Shown: positions 26,986-35,318 of the stretch, in pieces | Position numbering within the stretch: the stretch's first letter is position 1 | Layout: every line of letters starts with the position of its first letter | IMG/VR virus record: IMGVR_UViG_3300012954_000009 | Span: 1 to 64,000 of that record | From: a virus | DNA: 64,000 nucleotides | Direction: 5' to 3' (one strand) | Notes under the pieces: generated by a model | The model's input: the letters and a program-made list of their open reading frames with translations, nothing else | What the model was told of the DNA's origin: nothing | Databases searched by the model: none | Position numbers and translations under genes: made by a program

Positions 26986-27194
26986 TATTTTTTCTTTTTC
27001 TTGCTTAATTTTCTTAGTGTTAATGCAAATCTTGCACGCTGTGCAGTTTTACTATCTCCACCCTTTGCTTTTTCACGCAACCAAGAAACTTTTATAGTAC
27101 CATCCTTCTTTATAGCTCCTGCACGTTTAGCAGTTGCAGTTAAAGAGCCTGGTTTTTTAATGGCCTTCTTTATATTAAGCTTCTTTTTTGCCAC
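26985..27194 (-). CDS. Small very basic protein (IKKPG...RARFALTL)
   Basis: GTG start at 27194 gives MAKKKLNIKKAIKKPGSL... Confidence 0.8.
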   Translation of the reverse strand: MAKKKLNIKKAIKKPGSLTATAKRAGAIKKDGTIKVSWLREKAKGGDSKTAQRARFALTLRKLSKKKKK

Positions 27195-27489
27195 TTTTCT
27201 TTGGTCTTCCTCTACGTTTTTTACCTTTAGCTGCTTCAACAACATCGTCTACCTGATTAACAACTTCTTTAGCTGCATCAGCAACATCTTTAAGTTCTTT
27301 TTTTACAGCTTTAACTCTTCTTTTAGTTTCTTCAACTACTTCTTTAACGTCTTCTACTACTTCTTCTACTTCATCAGGAATATAATCTCCATCACTATCA
27401 TTGATTTTACCAGTTTTGTAAAAACCAAAATAGTAGACAGCAACTCCTACAACAGAGAGAACTACAATAAGACCTATAATTTGTAACAT
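27175..27489 (-). CDS. Membrane-anchored coiled-coil protein with DxDxD motif and basic tail
   Basis: N-terminal TM, DSDGDYIPDE, heptads, KKRRGRPKK. Confidence 0.8.
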   Translation of the reverse strand: MLQIIGLIVVLSVVGVAVYYFGFYKTGKINDSDGDYIPDEVEEVVEDVKEVVEETKRRVKAVKKELKDVADAAKEVVNQVDDVVEAAKGKKRRGRPKKSGKKEA

Positions 27490-27510
27490 GATTTTTTTAT
27501 TATTAATTGT

Positions 27511-27530
27511 TATAATAATAATATACAAAA
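27511..27530 (-). promoter_or_regulatory. Putative late promoter (TATATTATnnTA)
   Basis: TTTTGTATATTATTATTATA on the - strand; same core at 29172 and 34411. Confidence 0.55.
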
Positions 27531-27554
27531 AATATGTGAAGAATACAAAGAGAT

Positions 27555-27935
27555 TTAATCTTTGTCAAAGACACCTGTGTTATCCCAGAACTCTTTAGTA
27601 GGTTTAAAGTTAAAGTTATAAGGGTTTACAGTATAAGGATTTGTTTTAGGTTTTCTACTGATAGGTTTTTGTTTTAATCTAACGTTGACATTAGTTCTTT
27701 GAGCAGGAGGTGTATAATAATAGTTTATACCGGCTCTATCATATCTAGCATTAAAACTATTTAGATCTGTATTTATTGGATAAGATATTACATATCTATT
27801 ACCTACCCAGTCTGTACCTTGTACATAAACAGTTTGACCAAAGGCTGTACTGAAACCTAACAAGAAGACTATTACAATTATTAAGATAGTTAAAGCTTTA
27901 ATTGAATGGCTTTCAACTTTTTCTTTTCTATTCAT
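27555..27935 (-). CDS. Hypothetical exported or membrane protein
   Basis: Hydrophobic segment ending AFG-Q (SPase I-like); start 27935 or 27971. Confidence 0.65.
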   Translation of the reverse strand: MNRKEKVESHSIKALTILIIVIVFLLGFSTAFGQTVYVQGTDWVGNRYVISYPINTDLNSFNARYDRAGINYYYTPPAQRTNVNVRLKQKPISRKPKTNPYTVNPYNFNFKPTKEFWDNTGVFDKD

Positions 27936-27954
27936 AGATGTAAATATAAGAAAA

Positions 27955-28827
27955 TTATCTGAGTCTACCACACTTTACTAAAAACTTAAAGTAGTTCATA
28001 CTTGTAAAGTAGTGCAGGTTTCTATATTTATTAGGATTGAAGTTCTGCAGTCTAGTCTGGGTATATGTATCTTCTTCTAAAACTCTTATGTTCAGATCTT
28101 TAGCTGTCATATTATTATTAATTAAATAATTTTTGAAGTCTTTTACAAAATCATCTGTCTTTACTCTACAAGAAAAGTATTGAGTGTTAGGTTTAGAAGG
28201 ATAGAGGCTTGTTACATTTAGTAAGAAGAATAAAGAATTTAAAAGTTTATCTGTGGTTCTTGATTTATAATAAGACACCTCAGCTATAAGAACATCTAGA
28301 GGATCAATTCTAGATGATGTTACTTCTATAAATAAATGTTTGTATGTTTTGTCAACATTAGTGTAGTTGTCTAAGGAAATATTATTGGTTAAGTATAACT
28401 CTTTAAACTTGTATGCATGCATACCATATACATTAGAGTTGTCTATAGTTTTTATAGTATCTTTTATGATCCGGATGTTGGGGCGTAATCTTATCTTATT
28501 TATTAAATCCTGAATAAAAACATTAGAGCCTGTATTAATATGATAAATAGAATAGTCTGTATACTTTTTATTATCTAAAGTCTTTATGTGCTTTAGCGGG
28601 CCCTGCAGCTGATACTTTGCATCAACAAAAGAAAGATCTTTATTTATAGAGTCTATGTAGTTTTTATTGTTAACCCACTGCATGTGAACTCTAGCATCTG
28701 ATACTTGCCAGGCACCACCTAAATTAGATTCTTTATCTATTATACAAAGTTGTAGATCTCTATATGAATTTATATAGCAGTCTAACAGAAAAGATATATT
28801 TGATGATAAGTATATCTTATCATACAT
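27955..28827 (-). CDS. Degenerate FAD/NAD(P)-binding Rossmann-like protein
   Basis: IIDKESNLGGAW resembles the NAD_binding_8 GG motif; GxGxxG is absent. Confidence 0.55.
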   Translation of the reverse strand: MYDKIYLSSNISFLLDCYINSYRDLQLCIIDKESNLGGAWQVSDARVHMQWVNNKNYIDSINKDLSFVDAKYQLQGPLKHIKTLDNKKYTDYSIYHINTGSNVFIQDLINKIRLRPNIRIIKDTIKTIDNSNVYGMHAYKFKELYLTNNISLDNYTNVDKTYKHLFIEVTSSRIDPLDVLIAEVSYYKSRTTDKLLNSLFFLLNVTSLYPSKPNTQYFSCRVKTDDFVKDFKNYLINNNMTAKDLNIRVLEEDTYTQTRLQNFNPNKYRNLHYFTSMNYFKFLVKCGRLR

Positions 28828-29131
28828 TCTTTAATCTCTCATTTTCTTTTTCAAGGAATGCAACTTTAGTGCGCAGTTCACTAACTTCTTGTGTTAGAGA
28901 TAAGATTTGACCTCTCATGACATCTTTTTCTTGTGAGCTGTCTGCTAAGAGGCTCTCAAGTCTTTTTACTCTACCTCTAAGGTCATCTCTATATAAGTTT
29001 TGATCATTTTTTTCAGCCATATTTTTTCTTGCGTTTAGTTTCATTCTATTCTCGTAGAATCTCCAAGCACCAGCTGAGAATAAAACAGTAATGAGAGTTA
29101 TAATTATTGTTACTAAGCTTTCTTCAATCAT
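28820..29131 (-). CDS. TM plus coiled-coil protein (holin/lysis accessory candidate)
   Basis: N-terminal TM, long heptad repeat. Confidence 0.7.
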   Translation of the reverse strand: MIEESLVTIIITLITVLFSAGAWRFYENRMKLNARKNMAEKNDQNLYRDDLRGRVKRLESLLADSSQEKDVMRGQILSLTQEVSELRTKVAFLEKENERLKNV

Positions 29132-29171
29132 AATAAATATATATATTTACAATACTTTATAAGATGTCTTA

Positions 29172-29190
29172 CTATTATAATATACAAAGA
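29172..29190 (-). promoter_or_regulatory. Putative late promoter
   Basis: TCTTTGTATATTATAATAG on the - strand. Confidence 0.55.
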
Positions 29191-29231
29191 AAATTTAACT
29201 ACTAAAAATTTTAAACATAAAACCAACTGAT

Positions 29232-29426
29232 ATGGATCAAATAAATCAAAATACTTTTAATAACAGATTTAGTTTAGAACTCCTTCCTACAGAAATGTTA
29301 CTAGGAATTAAAACTGTAAACTGTGAAGTCAAATGTGAAGATGAAATATATAGACAAGTAAACGGTGTTGAGCTTGGCTTTTTATTTTTTAAATTTACAT
29401 ATGCACATATGAAATGGGAAAATTAA
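29232..29426 (+). CDS. Hypothetical protein, 64 aa
   Basis: ORF upstream of nrdB with A-rich leader. Confidence 0.65.
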   Translation: MDQINQNTFNNRFSLELLPTEMLLGIKTVNCEVKCEDEIYRQVNGVELGFLFFKFTYAHMKWEN

Positions 29427-29473
29427 GAAAATCCTTTTCTCTCTGATAATTTTTCAGTAAATTAAATAGTGAC

Positions 29474-29503
29474 GGAGCTGCACCAAGGTGTGGCTTTATT
29501 TTT
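29474..29503 (+). terminator. Terminator-like hairpin in the nrdB leader
   Basis: GGAGCTGCAC-caag-GTGTGGCTTT then ATTTTT. Confidence 0.45.
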
Positions 29504-29526
29504 CTTAAACTTTTAAAATAACAATT

Positions 29527-30507
29527 ATGAACGGAAACATCTTTAGTTCAAGGGTAAATATTATGCCTTATGAATATCCACAACTACTGAAATATAAAGA
29601 CGCAATCAGACATTCCTACTGGATTGATACTGAATATAATTTTACAGAAGATATATCTGACTTTAGATCTAAGATAACTGATGAAGAAAAAGAAGTTATT
29701 AAAAGAACTATGCTAGCAATAGCCCAGATAGAAGTTAATGTTAAAACCTTTTGGGCAGACATGTACAAGAGAATGCCTATCACAGAAATAGGTGACGTAG
29801 GTATGACATTTGCTGAATCAGAAGTAAGACATAAAGATGCTTATGCAAGACTGTTGAGGATCCTTGGACTAGAAGATGAGTTTAAAACAGTTGTTGAACA
29901 ACCTGCAATTAAGAATAGACTTAAGTATCTAAAGAAATACTTAGATGGTACAAGATCTAAAGACAATAAGATGTATACTAAATCTGTATTACTATTCTCT
30001 CTGTTTATAGAGCACGTAAGTTTATTTAGTCAATTCTTGATTATGATGAGTTTTAACAAAGACAGGAATGTACTTAAAGGTATATCTAATGTTGTTGAAG
30101 CTACATCAAAAGAAGAAGATATACACGGTAACTTTGGTGCTGAAATTATAAACATTATAAAAAAAGAAAACCCGGATTGGTTTGATGAAGAGTTTAATAA
30201 ACTAGTATACTCTGCATGTGTTAAAGCATATGAAGCTGAGTGTGGTATTCTTGATTGGATTTTTGAGAAAGGTGAACTTTCCTTTATTCCCAAAGACACT
30301 ATACAAGAGTTTATTAAAAATAGATTTAATAACTCTTTACAGAAGATTGGTATGAGTAATTTATTTGATATCAACCAGGATCTTCTAGAGTCAACTAAGT
30401 GGTTTGATGTAGAGATTACTTCTACTAAAGAAGGAGACTTCTTCTACAAAAAACAGATAGACTATAATAAGAAAAGTAAAAGTATAACCGCAGATGATAT
30501 ATTCTAA
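29527..30507 (+). CDS. nrdB: Ribonucleotide reductase class Ia beta subunit
   Basis: Di-iron ligands QIE, ESEVRHKDAY, IEHVSLFSQF, KEEDIH; DFF..DY tail. Confidence 0.95.
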   Translation: MNGNIFSSRVNIMPYEYPQLLKYKDAIRHSYWIDTEYNFTEDISDFRSKITDEEKEVIKRTMLAIAQIEVNVKTFWADMYKRMPITEIGDVGMTFAESEVRHKDAYARLLRILGLEDEFKTVVEQPAIKNRLKYLKKYLDGTRSKDNKMYTKSVLLFSLFIEHVSLFSQFLIMMSFNKDRNVLKGISNVVEATSKEEDIHGNFGAEIINIIKKENPDWFDEEFNKLVYSACVKAYEAECGILDWIFEKGELSFIPKDTIQEFIKNRFNNSLQKIGMSNLFDINQDLLESTKWFDVEITSTKEGDFFYKKQIDYNKKSKSITADDIF

Positions 30508-30511
30508 AAAA

Positions 30512-32137
30512 ATGAAATACTCTAAATACTATTGGCTGAATGAAAATAGCCGCACCTTTTTATCAAGAGGATATATAACAGAAACACCAGAACAAAGAAT
30601 AAAAGACATAGCAAACACTGCAGAGAAGAATCTTAACATTGAGGGATTTGCACAGAAGTTTGAGGAGTATATGGCTAGAGGCTATTACTCCTTCTCTACT
30701 CCTGTGTGGATTAACTATGGTAAAGAAAAGGGACTTCCTATTAGTTGCTATGGGTCCAACGTTGATGATAACATGGACAGTATTCTAAATGCTGGTAGAG
30801 AAATAGGTATGATGTCAAAGTACGGGGGAGGTACTAGTATTTATCTAGGTAACATACGTCCTAGAGGTAGTAGTATATCAACCGGAGGGACTGCAGATGG
30901 TCCAGTACATTACGCTAAGATTTATGACACTGTGGTAGATGTATGTAAGCAATCAGAGGCTAGGCGTGGAGCATGTGCTGTATGGCTGCCCATAGATCAC
31001 ACTGACATTGGTGAGTTCTTAGATATAGGTTCAGAAGGTAATCCAATACAAAACCTTCAATACGGTGTAACTGTTACTGATGAGTGGCTTAAAGATATGG
31101 AAGCAGGTGATCCTGACAAGCGTAAAGTTTGGGCCAAGATAATCCAGAGACGTAATGAGTTTGGATTTCCTTACATCATGTATAAAGATAACTCCAACAA
31201 TAATTCACCTTATCAAGAATTGGGCTTGGAGATTACTGCATCTAATTTATGTTCTGAGATACAGCTGCCAACGGATAGCTTTAACTCGTTCGTATGTTGT
31301 CTAGGTTCAATCAACCTATTGCACTGGGATGAGTTAAAAGAAACGGACGCAATAGAAACATATGTATTGTTTCTCAATGCTGTTATGAATGAGTTCATTA
31401 CAAAGTCTCGTAATCTAACCGGTCTTAAAAGGGCATACAGATTTGCAAAAGATCATAGAGCTATAGGTCTTGGTGTACTCGGATATCACTCTTTATTTCA
31501 ATCTAAGCTTATTGAATTTGATTCGTTAGAAGCTAAACAGCTGAATCATGAAATATTCAAAACGTTAAATGAAAGAAGTAATGAAGCGTCTAAATGGCTT
31601 CATGATGCAAAAGGATATGAGTCTTTGAGAGATGGTTATGCAAATACTACACTACTTGCAGTAGCCCCTACAAAGTCTAGTTCTTTTATTCATGGTGCTG
31701 TATCTATGGGTATAGAGCCTATTAAATCTAATTACTTTATTAAAGACTTAGCAAAGTCTAAGACTGTATATAAAAATCCTTTTCTAGAGTGTGAACTAGA
31801 AAAGCATGGACTAAATACTCCTGAAGTATGGGAAGACATTCTTAAAAAAGATGGTTCCGTTCAACATCTTGACTTTCCTACAAAAGGAGTATTTAAGTCC
31901 TTTATAGAGATCTCACCAAAAGAGATCATTCTTCAAGCCGCACAAAGGCAAAAGTTTATTGATCAATCACAATCATTAAACTTAATGATTCATCCAAGTG
32001 TTCCTGCAAAAGATATAAATCAATTATATCTTTACGCTTGGAAAGAAGGAGTTAAGACTTTATACTATCAATTTAGTCAAAGCTCAGCCCAGGCTTTCTC
32101 AAGAAATATACTTGAGTGTTCTAGCTGTGAAGGTTAG
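30512..32137 (+). CDS. nrdA: Ribonucleotide reductase class Ia alpha subunit, no ATP cone
   Basis: PISC, GGG, SNLCSEI, APTKSS, DQSQSLN, KTLYY, C-terminal CSSCEG; start 30512 or 30494. Confidence 0.96.
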   Translation: MKYSKYYWLNENSRTFLSRGYITETPEQRIKDIANTAEKNLNIEGFAQKFEEYMARGYYSFSTPVWINYGKEKGLPISCYGSNVDDNMDSILNAGREIGMMSKYGGGTSIYLGNIRPRGSSISTGGTADGPVHYAKIYDTVVDVCKQSEARRGACAVWLPIDHTDIGEFLDIGSEGNPIQNLQYGVTVTDEWLKDMEAGDPDKRKVWAKIIQRRNEFGFPYIMYKDNSNNNSPYQELGLEITASNLCSEIQLPTDSFNSFVCCLGSINLLHWDELKETDAIETYVLFLNAVMNEFITKSRNLTGLKRAYRFAKDHRAIGLGVLGYHSLFQSKLIEFDSLEAKQLNHEIFKTLNERSNEASKWLHDAKGYESLRDGYANTTLLAVAPTKSSSFIHGAVSMGIEPIKSNYFIKDLAKSKTVYKNPFLECELEKHGLNTPEVWEDILKKDGSVQHLDFPTKGVFKSFIEISPKEIILQAAQRQKFIDQSQSLNLMIHPSVPAKDINQLYLYAWKEGVKTLYYQFSQSSAQAFSRNILECSSCEG

Positions 32138-32532
32138 AATTGTGAAGACTTTTGTGCTTGTTGGATTGCCTCATTTAATTCAGGCAATTCAACAGGACAC
32201 AATAAGTCCAAACCTGCTTTAAATGTTTCTTCTTTTACTCCATCAACAAATATTATAATTGTAGGAGCCATTCTAATACGGAATTCTTTTTTAGATTTAG
32301 GTGACTTAGCTACATCACATCTATAATACTGTACACCCTGTAGTTTTTTCCAGTCTTTAAAAGCATTGTCTTTATTAAACTCAGCCCAGAATTCTATAAC
32401 TACTACAGAATTACCATCATCAAACTGACTCTGACTACTTATCTTGCTATGTATATCTTTATCTGTAACCCAGCTTTGACTATATAATGTAGTTGAAAAT
32501 AAAATAAGTATAAATAAGAAAAGTGTTTTCAT
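32134..32532 (-). CDS. Exported thioredoxin-fold protein lacking CxxC
   Basis: Signal peptide; VVVIEFWAEFN...FRIRMAPTIIIFVDG. Confidence 0.8.
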   Translation of the reverse strand: MKTLFLFILILFSTTLYSQSWVTDKDIHSKISSQSQFDDGNSVVVIEFWAEFNKDNAFKDWKKLQGVQYYRCDVAKSPKSKKEFRIRMAPTIIIFVDGVKEETFKAGLDLLCPVELPELNEAIQQAQKSSQF

Positions 32533-32813
32533 CTTTGTTTTTGTATTTCATAGAGTCTCTCATCTATCTTATCAAGTTTATCCTTGATATCATCAACATC
32601 TTCTTGAGTATCCATGATAGTTTGTCTAATAAGCTCATCTTTTAGATCATATTCTGTTCTATCTATAACCGGTTTGGGAAGTTCTTTTGCTTCTTCTATA
32701 TCAGACTGTAAAGCAAACCACATACCTACAATAGTTGCTACTCCTGCCAGAATCATACCTATTGTTTTTAAGTCTAGTGTTACTTTTGTTTCTTCTCCTA
32801 TTTGCTTTGCCAT
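32529..32813 (-). CDS. Single-TM coiled-coil protein
   Basis: TM at residues ~18-35, C-terminal heptads. Confidence 0.8.
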   Translation of the reverse strand: MAKQIGEETKVTLDLKTIGMILAGVATIVGMWFALQSDIEEAKELPKPVIDRTEYDLKDELIRQTIMDTQEDVDDIKDKLDKIDERLYEIQKQR

Positions 32814-32814
32814 C

Positions 32815-34047
32815 TTATTTAAATGTATAATTAATACCTACTGATGAGTTAAATAGTTTACTATCCCATAGTTTTGCATATTCACCTTCTAAAAACACAC
32901 CAACGCTCTTGCCTATTTTCCAACCAAAGTTTACACCTGCTGAATAATCTGACCACTGTTCTGGTTTAGCATCTTCAGCAATACCACCTTGACCCCAGTT
33001 GTTTCTATTAAGATAACTAAAAGTCTCATCTCCGGCTATATACTTATGATACGGTAGTATCCAATTTGCATAAGCATGAACCCAAAAATTTCTTTTATAA
33101 TGATAAAAATCAAAACCAACTATAGGAGCAATCTCTGCAAAAGGATCTAGCTCTGCCCATCTTTCTCTGTTATATCTGTTCATCAGCTGTGTAAATACTG
33201 TCTCTCTAAACTCTAGATCTGTATCAGCAATTCTATTACCTTGTGGATCTATCCAGTACCAGTCACTTACTTCATTGCCAAACTCATCTTGTTCTGTATA
33301 GTATATATCATCATACCCATATTCAAATCCTAGAGTATACCATGGATTTATTGGATACTCTACTACAGTACCATCTGGAGCTGTAAAGGTTTCTGTTTCA
33401 TTTAACCATATCTCAATTGGATTATATCCATAAGCACGTTGATGAGTTCTTGCTATTGCACCGGCTGATATGCTAAACTTTTTACCTATTGGTAATCTTG
33501 CTCTTATTTCAGCTGATTGAAAGTTTAAGTTTATTCTACCAACTTCTCTAACCTCAGCTTTTACAATATGATATTTACCAGTATGTTTTAAAAAATATCT
33601 ATGATTATCATAGTTCTCTCCTCTAAATCTTTCTTTCTCATAGTGAAACTGATACTCTAAACCTTTAAATGCTGATGTTGGTGCAGAGAATGCTAGTTGA
33701 TTTTCTGTACCATCATAGTAGTTTCTTGGTTTTCTTTCATAATCAAATCTTGCTAGCTTACGTATACCAACGCCTATTCTATAGTCAAAAGGAAAGTCAG
33801 GTGTATTATCCTCTACTCTTGGTATGTCATAAATAGAACCGTTTGGATTAGTTCTCACAAAGTAAATGGGGTCTTTTGCTTCAATAGAATTACGTGCATC
33901 TCCTGCTGCATATACAGTACCATACTGTAAGAAGTCTTCATATATACCTTTAAAAAATCCTGGTTTTTCCTCTTGACCAAATGCAAATACACACATACAT
34001 AAAGCTAGAACTAACAGGATATACTCTTTACTTAAAATTCTTTTCAT
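32815..34047 (-). CDS. Putative outer-membrane beta-barrel protein
   Basis: Signal peptide, amphipathic aromatic beta strands, C-terminal SVGINYTFK. Confidence 0.7.
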   Translation of the reverse strand: MKRILSKEYILLVLALCMCVFAFGQEEKPGFFKGIYEDFLQYGTVYAAGDARNSIEAKDPIYFVRTNPNGSIYDIPRVEDNTPDFPFDYRIGVGIRKLARFDYERKPRNYYDGTENQLAFSAPTSAFKGLEYQFHYEKERFRGENYDNHRYFLKHTGKYHIVKAEVREVGRINLNFQSAEIRARLPIGKKFSISAGAIARTHQRAYGYNPIEIWLNETETFTAPDGTVVEYPINPWYTLGFEYGYDDIYYTEQDEFGNEVSDWYWIDPQGNRIADTDLEFRETVFTQLMNRYNRERWAELDPFAEIAPIVGFDFYHYKRNFWVHAYANWILPYHKYIAGDETFSYLNRNNWGQGGIAEDAKPEQWSDYSAGVNFGWKIGKSVGVFLEGEYAKLWDSKLFNSSVGINYTFK

Positions 34048-34388
34048 AATTTTTTCTTTTTAATTCCTTTCTTTTTTTTTCTGTTAAATAAACTAATAGT
34101 AATATTAATACTCAAACCACCTAGAACAGTTGCTGCTAAATCTTTTTTATCAAATCTATTTTTAGGGTCTGTGCTATCTAAATATTCTTTTCCAACACCG
34201 GCTAGTACAGATGTTAATACACCACCTATAAAAGCTTTCTTCTTGTCACCAGTTTCATGTAAAATGATAGCATAACCAAGACCACCTGTTATAACTCCTG
34301 CACCATAATGCAGTTTTTTATCATCAGGAATTTGTTGACCTATCATAAGGCCAGAGCATAAGAACAACAGAATTTGTATTATCTTCAT
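34044..34388 (-). CDS. YfiM/DUF2279-like membrane protein
   Basis: DDKKLHYGAG...GVGKEYLD...FDKKDLAATVLG. Confidence 0.75.
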   Translation of the reverse strand: MKIIQILLFLCSGLMIGQQIPDDKKLHYGAGVITGGLGYAIILHETGDKKKAFIGGVLTSVLAGVGKEYLDSTDPKNRFDKKDLAATVLGGLSINITISLFNRKKKKGIKKKKL

Positions 34389-34410
34389 GATACACGGTTT
34401 TCCGTTGGCT

Positions 34411-34430
34411 TATACTATAATATAACCAAT
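34411..34430 (-). promoter_or_regulatory. Putative late promoter
   Basis: ATTGGTTATATTATAGTATA on the - strand, ~22 nt upstream of ATG 34388. Confidence 0.5.
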
Positions 34431-34475
34431 ATTGTACAAATGTAAAAGTAATACAGGGAGAATTTTCTGTATATT

Positions 34476-34559
34476 CTACTTAGAGTTGGACCATTTATCA
34501 TCTAGTCCATCCCAGTAAATATAAACTGAATCATCAGATGACTCTTCGGGATCTGTCAT
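34476..34559 (-). CDS. Acidic micro-ORF, 27 aa (MTDPEESSDDSVYIYWDGLDDKWSNSK)
   Basis: TAATG-coupled to the stop of 34559..35314. Confidence 0.45.
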   Translation of the reverse strand: MTDPEESSDDSVYIYWDGLDDKWSNSK

Positions 34560-35314
34560 TACCACTGAAATATTTTGGGTGTATATTGTATTCCTATACC
34601 TATGTAGGGTCTTATTCTATCTGAGTACCCAATTCCAAGCTGTAGTCCAACACCAAACTCTTTTCTCTGTGATCTAGAAAAAGCTTTGAATTCATCATCT
34701 CTTTTGATTAATATTCCTTTGGCACTGTTAAACTGTAGACCAGGATAGTCAGTTTTTAAATTTACAAAAACTTCTTTAGATTTCAAATTTTGAGAAAGGC
34801 TTGCCTCTAACCATATGTCTTGTGTTAAGTTAAGACTACCAGCACCTGTTGTTATTAAAGTGTCTTTACTAAAAATAGGCATCTTAAAATCTATAACTCT
34901 TGAGCTCTTCCCAAACTTTATAGAATCAGTAAAACTTACAGGATGTATATATGTACCGTCTAGCTGTGCTATACTTGGGTCAACAACTGCCTGGAACACT
35001 ATACTATCACGTACTTCAGTTATATATTCAACAACCGTTACAGGAGGTTTATTTTTTTCATACTCTACTTCATCTCCTAACTCACTAACTTTGAGATGTA
35101 ACCCTCTTATCTCACCGTTAAGTATACCGTTCTCATCAACATAATTCTTGATTGTATCTGTTAAAGCAAGATTGTTATTAGTTATTCTTGTTACTTCCTC
35201 TTTTGCAACCCTTGTAGAATTACATTGACGCATCAATAACATAAATAATATTACAATACCTATCCCCATTACTAATTTTATATTCTTTAGTAATTGTTCT
35301 ATCACTCCCATCAT
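34559..35314 (-). CDS. Spanin-like protein (N-terminal TM, coiled coil, C-terminal amphipathic beta-hairpin)
   Basis: TM ending RQC; FGVGLQLGIGYSDRIRPYIGIGIQY C-terminus. Confidence 0.55.
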   Translation of the reverse strand: MMGVIEQLLKNIKLVMGIGIVILFMLLMRQCNSTRVAKEEVTRITNNNLALTDTIKNYVDENGILNGEIRGLHLKVSELGDEVEYEKNKPPVTVVEYITEVRDSIVFQAVVDPSIAQLDGTYIHPVSFTDSIKFGKSSRVIDFKMPIFSKDTLITTGAGSLNLTQDIWLEASLSQNLKSKEVFVNLKTDYPGLQFNSAKGILIKRDDEFKAFSRSQRKEFGVGLQLGIGYSDRIRPYIGIGIQYTPKIFQW

Positions 35315-35318
35315 ATCT

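Noticed and set aside
26514-27486. + strand ORFs 26514..26699, 26816..27097 and 27001..27486
   Set aside because: The region is fully tiled by coupled - strand genes, including two small ones missing from the track
21890-32137. Inteins or group I introns in polB, nrdA or nrdB
   Set aside because: ORFs are continuous, of compact length, with no splice-junction or LAGLIDADG motifs seen
32134-32532. Thioredoxin as electron donor to the adjacent RNR
   Set aside because: Has a signal peptide, lacks CxxC and belongs to the opposite-strand operon
34476-34558. CTGATGA on the - strand suggesting a hammerhead ribozyme
   Set aside because: No GAAA core after stem II; a TAATG-coupled micro-ORF explains the segment
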